Part shown: piece by piece, positions 1-10,258 of the stretch | Position numbering within the stretch: position 1 is the first letter of the stretch | How the letters are laid out: each line of letters starts with the position of its first letter | From: Octopus bimaculoides | Taxonomy: Eukaryota | Length of the DNA stretch: 57,100 nucleotides | Reading direction: 5' to 3' | Assembly: GCF_001194135.2 (NCBI RefSeq) | Contig: NC_068992.1 | Coordinates: 35,908,643 to 35,965,742 of the forward strand | Program-made: the position numbers and the translations under genes | Notes under the pieces: generated by a model | Database searches by the model: none | Told to the model about the DNA's origin: nothing | Seen by the model: the letters and a program-made list of their open reading frames with translations, nothing else

Positions 1-231
1 TGTAGTAGCCTGTCACGGAAAAAACATGCTGAAGAAAATTGAAGTGAGTATCCAGAGCTTGTAACTGGTAGGAAAAACTCACTGCTTGGCCCTATTTTCA
101 AGATCTTTGCCCAATCACACCTTTCTCCACCCTTTTGGGCCTCAAAATTTGTGCATGGGTGGCAAGACCTTGGATATTGCCCAGTTGTCACCTATTGCAA
201 AGTAGGACCCATAACACTTCAAGCTACTAAC

Positions 232-320
232 CTCTGAAATTGCAGGTCAGGCCACTTTGCTTTACTATACATTACAGTGTGAACATGCAATTTACGAGTA
301 AAACAGCTTTTGAATGCATC
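232..320 (-). CDS. Candidate 89-nt internal exon of an unidentified host gene (DAFKSCFTRKLHVHTVMYSKAKWPDLQFQ-R)
   Basis: On the minus strand, acceptor aaattatttccctttacAG|G, donor AG|GTTAGT, and only one open frame. A second acceptor (ttttttccgtgacAG|) at 10 would continue in phase (R-L-L). No homology recognised. Confidence 0.3.
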
Positions 321-465
321 CTGTAAAGGGAAATAATTTTGTAAGATTTTTTCCAAGATTCAAGGGAGATGACTCCTACTTTGGTATAAAGTGTCTTTTT
401 CCTTCTATTTTTTTGGTGTGCTTTTTCTTTGTTTTTTTTTTTGTCATTTTAATATTTTGGTTTAA

Positions 466-598
466 AGATTAAAGCGGTGAACTGACAGAATTGTATGAAA
501 GCTGGACAAAGTGCCCCTTTCGGGGTCATTAAAACAAGTACCAGTCAAACACTGGATTCAATGTAATCGACTTATCCCTCCACTGAAATTAGTGGTCT
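466..598 (+). mobile_element. tRNA-derived SINE family A, internally deleted copy
   Basis: Contains aaagcggtgaactgacagaat...cctttcggggtc...aagtaccagtcaaacactgg...gtaatcgactta...gaaaccaatatt, matching the other family A copies in the window. Confidence 0.65.
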
Positions 599-1637
599 TG
601 TATCGAAAAATGAAACCAATATTTTGGCCTAAAAACAGGGATTCCACCAGTTGTGCGCATAAACTCTTCAAGACCAGTGAGATTCTTTTTGCTGTAAGTT
701 GACAGGTACAAGAAAAGTATTGGAAAAAGAAAGAAAGTCTGCATAAAGTAATTTAGAGGAAGCGAATTGTGGATAGATGGTAGAAAATTAGCCTGCTCTG
801 AGAAGCGGCCACTGCAGTCACGTTTGTGGGCAAGTGTTAAAATGAGTTAAACAGCGAATTCATGACAATCATTTTAAATGGTGTTTTGTCGGTCTATGAT
901 GTTCACATGTGTAATAGCAGCACTGACTAACATGTGGTAGCAGTGCTCTATTATGAGGTCTCTTGAGTTTTGGTAAAATTAGTCACAGCTGGAAGCTAAA
1001 GAATTTTCTTTTAAAGAAGAAAGAAACCAATTTTTATAATGCAATCTTTATTGTGGAGAGAAATCGCCTGAGAAGACTATCAGTAATGGAGATTTTGTGC
1101 AGATTTGATGTGAGTTTGTTTGTGTTGAATATGGGTGATACGTGGGTATAGAAGATTCGGAAAAATTATCGTCTATGTAATAGTGGGCATTGTCAGACTG
1201 GGGTGTGCTAGTCGTTCATGAGTAGAAGAAAGAGTATGTAACATAAGGCTTTAGAATATTAATACTGTTTGTGCTTCCTGAAATACGTAGTTCATAATTT
1301 TCTTATACAATAAATATGATTAATAAACCCACATAAGCAATAGCGTTCTGCTATTTATTCTTTCTCTCAGTTTTACCATAGTAGCTGCTCTTTAAGTATG
1401 TAAGACAATTGTGCCCTTACTAAGTGGATATGTATGTACACACACACGTATGTACGTAGGTATATATATATATATACAGAGAAGGAGAGACAGATAGAGA
1501 GAGGAAAGTCTTATTTTTTAAATTTTATTTTCGGATGATGATTAAGAGAAAATTAAAAGTATCAAAAAGAAATGATGATTGGATGATTTTTATCACGCCA
1601 AATTAGGAGCATAAAAAGTTAATTTAGAAATAAGGTA

Positions 1638-1818
1638 CTCTTTACTCTTACTTGTTTCAGTCATTTGACAGTAGCCATGCTAGAGCTGGTGCAAATCGAC
1701 CCCAGGATTTCTTCTTTGTAAGCCTAGTACTTATTCTATCGATCTGTTTTGCCGAACCGCTAAGCTATGGGGACGTAAACACACCAGCATCGGTTGTCAA
1801 GCGATGTTGGGAGGACAA

Positions 1819-1855
<37 letters not shown>

Positions 1856-2012
1856 CAACAGGCTTCTTTCAGTTTCTATCTACCAAATCCACTCATAAGG
1901 CTTTGGTCAGCCCGAGGCTATAGTAGAAGATACTTGTCCAAGGTGCCACGCAGTGGGACTGAACCCGAAACCATGTGGTTGGTAAGCAAGCTACTTACCC
2001 CACAGCCACTAC
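1638..2012 (-). mobile_element. tRNA/CORE-type SINE family B with internal (CA)n/(TA)n microsatellite
   Basis: Reverse complement of the full copy at 17303-17761: tRNA-like head, CORE-like cttggacaagtatcttctactatagcc, tail ...tgaaacaagtaagagtaaagag. Confidence 0.85.
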
Positions 2013-2816
2013 ATCATCATCAATCATCGTCGTTTAACGTCCGCTTTCTATGCTAGCATGGGTTGGACGATTTGACTGAGGACTGGTGAAACCAGATGGC
2101 TACACCAGGCTCCAATCTGATTTGGCAGAGTTTCTACAGCTGGATGCCCTTCCTAACGCCAACCACTCAGAGAGTGTAGTGGGTGCTTTTACGTGCCACC
2201 GGCACGAAGGCCAGTCATGCGGTACTGGCAACGGCCACGCTCAAAATGGTGTATTTTATGTGCCAGTCTAGGGGCACTGGCAACGATCTCACTCGAAAGT
2301 CCTTACACATGTCACGGGCACAAGTGCCAGAAAGGCGACGCTGGGCACAGGTACTATCACAATTTCGCTTTTGCTTGCCCCAATAAGTCTTCAGAAGGTG
2401 AGTTTCGTGTCCAATGAAGGAGACGACGTTGGTATGGGTGCCAGTTGTCGAATTTAACTCGATTTCGATTTCACTTGCCTCAAAAGGTCTTTGCAAGTGG
2501 AGTTTAGTGTACAATGAAGGAAGGTACACATAAGTGGACTGTCTGAGGCCTTAGATTTAGGTCTCACCTGGCCTGCCGAGCCTTCCCACGCAATTGGCAG
2601 AGTTTCTACAGCTGGATGCCCCTCCTAACGCCAACCACTCAGAGAGTGTAGTGGGTGCTTTTACATGCCACCAGCACGAAGGCCAGTCAGGCGGTACTGG
2701 CAACGGCCACACTCAGAATGGTGTATTTTATGTGCCACCCGCACAAGAGCCAGTCCAGGGGCACTGGCAACGATCTCTCTCGGAAGTCCTTACACATGCC
2801 GCGGGCACAAGTGCCA
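2012..2816 (-). mobile_element. Interspersed repeat family C (LINE-type 3' end with (GAT)n tail), two partially overlapping copies
   Basis: Minus strand ends ...cgtccaacccatgctagcatagaaagcggacgttaaacgacgatgat...gatgatg. 2122-2329 is repeated at 2594-2816. A short tail fragment of the same family lies at 7561-7615. Confidence 0.75.
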
Positions 2817-4046
2817 AACGCCTGTAAAAAGTTTTAACCAGATCCCTTGTAATTTCTGGAAGAGATTTGAAACCATCTCTTATGTGTTGTATTACTACTT
2901 CTGAACATCATTGCCAACTTGGGCCACCGAAGCAACAACCACAGGCGACAATCCCGGAGTTAGGAAAAAACAATATTATTTGTCAATCACTAATTGTATT
3001 TTCAGTTTCCAAGTAAATTATGGAAGGCAGCTTTGAATTAAATTTTATGTCACCAACTTTCACTGCACTTGCGAATGTAATAATAAGAGAAACACTAGCA
3101 TAGGAAAATCGAATTGTTTATAGATTAAATAACTCATTGACAACACCTACATAAAAGAAAAATAGTCAGCTGAACATATTTAACCAATGAAACATCAAAA
3201 AGCAAACAACAATAATAGACTTTTTGATGTTTATTCATTGAAATATTCCATTTTCTCTGGATGGCACATGAAAAACGACTGAGAAGAAAATGCTTATGCT
3301 ATAGCATTAAATTTGTTTTGTGTTTCAACGTTTCTAAGGTCATATAAATTGTGAGTAGACGACAGCTGGGTTAGCAAGAGTTACCTCCCTTGGACTGTTA
3401 GCTGGTGTTTATCGCTTATTTGTCAGCAAATTATACAAGTACATTTGAACAGGCATATCGTAATACACTACACATATACACTAATACCTGAACTCCCATT
3501 CAAAGATATCCATACGCTTAAACATTTTTATATTCATTCTCTCAACATAGACATCACAACCACTGTTACATTTACGATGATAATGTGTGTGTGTGTGTGT
3601 GTGTGTGTTCTGACCATCAAACAAGACAGACACAGGAACTGTTTTTACTTCAAATTCTTATTAATATTGATAAGATGAAATTCACCATCAAAGCCGATAA
3701 TGTTTTCTATTTTCTATATATAATTTTAAAATCATTATATTAAATTCTTTCTAATTTGAAATGTCTTACATTTACTTCTATGCTGTTTCCACCTCCATCT
3801 TTTATATATATATNNNNNNNNNNNNNNNNNNNNNNNNNNNNNNNNNNNNNNNNNNNNNNNNNNNNNNNNNNNNNNNNNNNNNNNNNNNNNNNNNNNNNNN
3901 NNNNNNNNNNNNNNNNNNNNNNNNNNNNNNNNNNNNNNNNNNNNNNNNNNNNNNNNNNNNNNNNNNNNNNNNNNNNNNNNNNNNNNNNNNNNNNNNNNNN
4001 NNNNNNNNNNNNNNNNNNNNNNNNNNNNNNNNNNNNNNNNNNNNNN

Positions 4047-4445
4047 ATTCCTCGCAAAAAATCATGTAAAACAAATCGCCGAAGACAATCGAAGTAATGA
4101 AAACATAGGAATACAAAATTTCAGGATTGCAGGTCCGGATTCAACCTGGAATGTTTTTAATTTGCTCACAGAGTTAGCCTTTATATTATAAAAACTGTTA
4201 TCGTACAAATAAACTTGTTGCAAAACGTCACGTAAAAAAATCGCCGGAAATAATCACAGTAATGAAAATTTGGAAATCCAAAATTTTAGGATTGTGGGTC
4301 CGGATTCGACCCGGAATGTTTTTAATTTACTCACGGAGTCAGCCTAATTCCAAAATGGTATGATATGCTGTGCTATGGCCTCTAGTAATAAAGCTGAAAA
4401 AGTGTGACACACTGACACACTGACAATCACATTTATTATATAATA
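4047..4445 (+). mobile_element. Putative non-autonomous Helitron/Helentron-like element with two ~170-bp internal tandem units
   Basis: Unit 4063-4171 is repeated at 4227-4346. The 3' end acacactgacacactgacaatcacatttattata resembles HINE-type ends. The 5' end is lost in a gap. Confidence 0.4.
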
Positions 4446-4465
4446 TTATTATATTATATTATATT

Positions 4466-4632
4466 AAGATGGTGAGCTGGTAGAATCATTAGCACACCGG
4501 GAAAAATGCTTATTGGAATTTCATGTGCCATATAGTTTTGAGTTCAAATTCTGCCGAGGTCGATTTTGCCTTTCATCCTTTCAAGAGTACTAATATAATT
4601 AGTACCAGTTACATACTGGAGTCGATGTAATA
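4466..4632 (+). mobile_element. SINE family A
   Basis: ggtgagctggtagaatcattagcacaccgg...gagttcaaattctgccgaggtcgattttgcctttcatcc...agtaccagttacatactggagtcgatgtaat, with A/B-box-like motifs. Confidence 0.8.
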
Positions 4633-4961
4633 TCAATATATGTTCATGTTACACACACACCCATGTACCACATATTGTAGAAGACACTTATTTTTAAATA
4701 TCTGATATAATGATAAAATTAAAGTGATAACAAATTAAAATAAATATGTGCATTAAAAAAAACGTAAGATAAAGCAAACTACAGACATGGTATGATGTAT
4801 TTTAGCTAGAATGTTTTAGACATGCAACGTTGGAGTGTAGGACAAAACCCCCTTGGAAAAAATAAAAATTAGGAAAAAACCTTGAGGACGATACCCCAAT
4901 GGGACAAAAAATAAGAAACATTTTTTTTAATACTTTTTGAACACTTCTCGGAGATATAAAA

Positions 4962-5854
4962 TATTAATTATTTAATAACCCCAATCACGAAAATGAACAT
5001 AATAAAGAGAATGTCATAGCATATCTTTGAAAAATCAAAACAAACACAATATTAAGTGCTGGGGTTCATTTGAAGTTCTTTTTACTGCATCCTGATGCTG
5101 CACCCTACCACATTCAGAAATTCCTCATGGTCTTCCTCTCATTCACATAGTCCAGAAGGAGGGAGTTGTTCAAACCCTGCAAAGTTGTAGAGGGAACTAA
5201 ACCACAAACATATAACAAATGTTTGCCATGAAAATTCATTCGGGATTGTCACCTTTCTAAAGGTTTTAAAAAGCTAAGTTTATAAATTATATTACTTTTT
5301 TCTCTCTTTTGCTAGCTTTAGTCATATTTGGACAATGCCCTCAAGCATTTAATCAGTTATATCAACCCTAGTAATTTATTTCAATCTGGTTATTATTATT
5401 ACTATTTTACTTTTTTTTCTCTGATTATCAAACCACTGAGTAATAGGACATAAAAGGATACAATACAAACAATGTTAGTTTGAAGGAGTGTGACCATACA
5501 CTTGAACAGCACACAGATATACCTGGTGGTCTATGCGCATATATGTACACATGCGTATTGTGTGCCCATGCATGTACATGTGTGTGTGAGAGAGAGAGTT
5601 CGTAAAATGCAATTTTGGCCTATGTTGTAATCTTGTACCAGATGTCAGCTCACCATAAAGGGTTTGTTTGGGGATTCTGATGTCATCTTGTCGAATTTCT
5701 GAATGTGGTAGGGTGCAGCATCAGGATGTCGTAAAAAGAACTTCAAATGAACCCCAGCACTTAATATTGTGTTTGCTTTAATTTTTCAAAGATATGCTAT
5801 GATGTTCTCTTTATTATGTTCATTTTCGTGATTGGGGTTATTAAATAATTAATA
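4962..5854. repeat. Inverted repeat, arms 4962-5122 and 5694-5854
   Basis: 161-bp arms, 6 mismatches by manual alignment (about 96%), about 570-bp spacer. Confidence 0.9.
5598..5692 (-). mobile_element. Small RTE-clade LINE fragment (RT C-terminus)
   Basis: Translates QDDIRIPKQTLYGELTSGTRLQHRPKLHF, resembling the RTE motif R(L/I)PKQLLYGEL..G.R....PK.RFKD. Confidence 0.65.
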
Positions 5855-6589
5855 GAGTCTGCATTTATGGGACTAAGTGTGTCAACATTTTGGAGTACTT
5901 CAGAATCAGGTGTATGGATAATGCAATGAACACCAGAATATTATGAAAGCATCTGGTCGAACTTCTCTAGAATTTTGAGATGCTTGCTGTAGACAAACCA
6001 AGTTTCACATGACTAAAGGAGTATCGTAAGGACACTTGCATTATATTCTGCAATTTTATTGCCTTTTTAAATTCCTTTTTAATCCCAAGCACATATTTTA
6101 AGACTGGTAAAAGCATTAGTGGTTTTTCTGCTGTGCAAAGTTACTTCATCATCAAGTAAACAGTACTGATTAATCACAGTTCGTATGCATGAAAATTTGC
6201 CAACATTATACTTGTGACCTTTGACATAAATTGATGGCTCAACCTAGGTGGATCTGGGAGTTAGTTAGCTAGTTGAAACATTACCACTGCTTTTTCAAGG
6301 TTAATGGTTGGCCCTAATGCCATACAAGATTATGAGATCCTGTTCGTAAGTGAGTGTGTTACAAGATCATAGTCATTGGTATATTTAATCTATATGGTAG
6401 AGAATTTTCCTGCTGATCTGCACTTACAAGACACATGAAAGTACATAATCAGTGTGTTGTACAGAATGAGCACCTGATTGCAACACATGAAAATGAATAC
6501 TGCTCCTACAACAAACATTTGCATATCACTTGCTTTGTAGGTCCTGTGGTCACAGACAAAAAAAAAGAAAAGATAGAAAGACAAAGTTC

Positions 6590-7110
6590 AGACTTTTCTC
6601 TTGCACACTGCATCTAATTCCTGTTATGCCTAACTTTTCTCTCAATACACTAGCACTCCGTTGCATATGTACACTGACGATGCACATCCACAGTGTACTA
6701 GCTTCATCTCTCTCTAGTCTTCACATGCCCTCTGCATTCAGGGCCCACATCTCATTACCATGTAGCATTGCTATTCGTTCACATGCATCATACAATCTTC
6801 CTCTGACTCAGAGAGAGAGGTGGGGGCATTTGCGAGCCAATAGAGGTAAAGACTCTCTGAATTTTCTCCATCATGCTCTTATTCTAGTAATTACACTTTC
6901 TGTACATCTTTCCCCACTGCTAATTAGGTCCCCTGAGGTAGCAGAAATTATCCACTACCTCAAAAGATCTTCCTAAGTATCTGTGGTTTTTATGGCTCCT
7001 GTGCATCTTCCACATAGTCCATAGCTTGCACTGGGTACAGTGTATGGAATTCCTGCCTACACCTTTCCTACATATATTGAGCAGGGCTATTTACCTTATG
7101 AGGGTAAGTC
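6590..7110 (-). mobile_element. Degenerate RTE-type LINE, post-RT region with Cys-rich (PHD-like) insertion
   Basis: Translates PCSICRKGVGRNSIHCTQCKLW...EVVDNFCYL...DLISSGERCTESVITRIRA..RKFRESLPLL...RGRLYDACERIAMLHGNEMWALN, with stops and frameshifts. Confidence 0.8.
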
Positions 7111-8691
7111 TTATCTGCTTTCTTGTTTACTAGATCCTTAGTCTAAAATGTACAGCGTTTCCACTTTTTAAACTCTTGAGAGGTAATTGATAACTCTGAA
7201 GATTTTGAGAGAAAAATTCTGTTTCTAAAAACAGTCTTTAATTAACCATAATTTTGCCTTCAGCCAGCAACAATGAAAATGATAGAAAGCACCATTTCAA
7301 AAAGAAAAAGCTGCTTTAGAAAAAGATTTAAAACATCTTGGTTTAAAACCCTTTATGGAAAAGATTTCAGCCTGAGTGTCTGTTAGAAATGAATGCTAAC
7401 TATACCAAAAGTGGTATATACATTATCAACTAAATCTTTAGGGAAGCTGAATAAAAGAAAGACACCAGAAAGAGACTTAATAATTGTAAAAAGGTTGAGT
7501 ATATTGATAGTTTATTAATCACTTACCTATATGGTTTAACAGATTTTATAAGGAGAAATATGTCCAACCCATGCCAGCATGGAAAATGGATAATAAAGGA
7601 TGATGATGATGTTGATGAAATTGACTCTCCAAAGTAGATGCCACAGTTTAGACAAATCTTGTTGCCAAGAATAAAAAAAAAATACTGGTTGCTAAAATTA
7701 TGAGTCTAAATGCCCTCTTGATCATTATGTTCTGGTTCATTAAAAGTTGTTTAAAATAACTTTTCCAAAATAATTACAACTCAAATGAATTAGTTACTCA
7801 CAAGCAGGTATATAATGTGACATTTAATTAACAAAGTTTTGTCATTTGAAATTCCTTTATTCTTATTTGATCCAGCCAGAGGCTATGTCCAAACTGGAGC
7901 ACTGCCAAGAACATGTACTTTCTGCAAATAGATTGTGATAATATGGCTTGATTTTACAAGACCATTAAATTCATGCCAGCTCAAATAACTAAATTTAATA
8001 AAAGTACTTTCTACCATAGTTGTTGTTATTGTAATGCTCACTAAGAAACTGGTCAACTTCATTTTGCCTTAATGCTTTATACCTTTCAAAATAAATAATC
8101 TAAATATACAGTCACTTTGTGCTTCTGTGTATATTATAAAAATCTAGTTATTATATGATAGGGCTTACAAAAGAATTCAAATGTAACCCATAATTTTTTT
8201 GTTGACAACATCTACAATAAAGAGAAACAAATTAAATAACATTTTCAGCTGAAAGAGAGATTGTTTGATCAAAATCATGATCATCATCATTTTACTTCTA
8301 CTTTTCAATATTTATTTGTGTTGAACAATTTTCTTGAGGTTGTGTTTTATTGGTGGATGCCCTTCTTGTTGCCAACCCTTTAAATTACTTCTTACAACAT
8401 GCAGAGATGCTGTGTACCTATTCAAAAACACACAGTACAGAATTTGAGTAAAAGAAAATATTCATCTAAAAGCCTGGGAAAAATATTTTCAAAACTAAAA
8501 ACACCCAGTCAGTCGTCTCTCTGCATTCCATATTCCAAACAAGTGCTATAAATATGTTGATGTTGCTGAAATATATCATACAACATTTTACAGCTGGTTT
8601 TTAAATATTTGGCAGTTGGAACTTCTCTCCAGCAATAAGACAATATATCATGATGCAGTCACAATAAAAGTAGTGGTACCAATATTGACTT

Positions 8692-8858
8692 CAAATTTTG
8701 GCACAAGACCAGCAAGTTTTGTGGGAGGGTGCTAGTCGATTACATCACCCCCAATGTTCAACTGGTACTTATTTTATCAACCCCTAAAAGAATGGGAGGC
8801 AAAGTCGACCTCAGCTGAATTTGAACTCAGAACATAAAGACAGACAATATGTACTAAG
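8692..8858 (-). mobile_element. SINE family A
   Basis: Reverse complement of family A body (tcaaattttggcacaagaccagc...aaagtcgacctcagctgaatttgaactcagaac). Confidence 0.75.
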
Positions 8859-8964
8859 CCCAAGACTTGAAGACCATGGTTATTACAAGTACTCTACCTA
8901 GAATACCACTGGTTGCAACTTTGGAATTAGAATGGAAGTAAACAAAATTCCCTCTCCATCCATT
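8858..8964 (+). repeat. ~107-bp direct repeat of 14486-14593
   Basis: gcccaagacttgaagac...ctctccatccatt; 2 substitutions and 1 indel between the copies. Confidence 0.9.
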
Positions 8965-10097
8965 TTGCTGAAACAAGTAAAAGAGTAAAAGAGATGGATG
9001 GAACACCAGCAAAAAGGCTCACAAAACTGCACACTTTTGGCACAACTATCAAAACAATAGAAACAACAAAGCCCAAACCCACAACAACATCCAGCAACTT
9101 CACAACCACACGACTTTTACCAATAACAGGAAATCACACAACTACAACAACAAACACAGCTGAATCACCAAAAAGAGCAACAGAAAATAAGCAAACTCTC
9201 NNNNNNNNNNNNNNNNNNNNNNNNNNNNNNNNNNNNNNNNNNNNNNNNNNNNNNNNNNNNNNNNNNNNNNNNNNNNNNNNNNNNNNNNNNNNNNNNNNNN
9301 NNNNNNNNNNNNNNNNNNNNNNNNNNNNNNNNNNNNNNNNNNNNNNNNNNNNNNNNNNNNNNNNNNNNNNNNNNNNNNNNNNNNNNNNNNNNNNNNNNNN
9401 NNNNNNNNNNNNNNNNNNNNNNNNNNNNNNNNNNNNNNNNNNNNNNNNNNNNNNNNNNNNNNNNNNNNNNNNNNNNNNNNNNNNNNNNNNNNNNNNNNNN
9501 NNNNNNNNNNNNNNNNNNNNNNNNNNNNNNNNNNNNNNNNNNNNNNNNNNNNNNNNNNNNNNNNNNNNNNNNNNNNNNNNNNNNNNNNNNNNNNNNNNNN
9601 NNNNNNNNNNNNNNNNNNNNNNNNNNNNNNNNNNNNNNNNNNNNNNNNNNNNNNNNNNNNNNNNNNNNNNNNNNNNNNNNNNNNNNNNNNNNNNNNNNNN
9701 NNNNNNNNNNNNNNNNNNNNNNNNNNNNNNNNNNNNNNNNNNNNNNNNNNNNNNNNNNAGCAAAGATCACAAAATGACTGTGGTGTAACTCCTGTTTATG
9801 AGGTAGAAACTCCTTGTTATTTTGGGCACTTGAGTAGATATACAAATTTAGTAAATGGAGTAAAACGCATATGTTAAATGAATTCTTTTATTTCCAACAT
9901 GTTTCAAAGATTACAAATTGTATCTTCCATAGGAATAGGTGATGTTGATAAGGATGTAATCTTCTCTTCAGGGAAATACATAGGAACCAGCTTAACCGTA
10001 AGACATTTTAACCGAATGTGATAACTGTAGTTAGAGAAGATTGCTACGTAACTTATTTGAAAAAACCGTTGGAGGCATACATACACACACACACAGA

Positions 10098-10245
10098 CAT
10101 GACAGGCTTCTTTCAGTTTCCATCTACCAAATCCGGTCCAAGGCTATGGTAAAAGGTACTTGCCCAAGGTGCCACACATTGGGAGTGAACCCAGAACCAT
10201 GTGGTTGGGAAGCAAGCTTCTTACCACACGGTCATGCCTGCACCT
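10098..10245 (-). mobile_element. SINE family B, 5' half
   Basis: tRNA-like head and CORE-like segment, reverse complement of 17303-17460. Confidence 0.75.
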
Positions 10246-10258
10246 ATATATGTATATA

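Noticed and set aside
2086-2904. Paired similar ORFs (EFLQLDA.PNANHSESVVGAFTCH) suggesting a tandem gene pair
   Set aside because: They lie within two copies of non-coding repeat family C.
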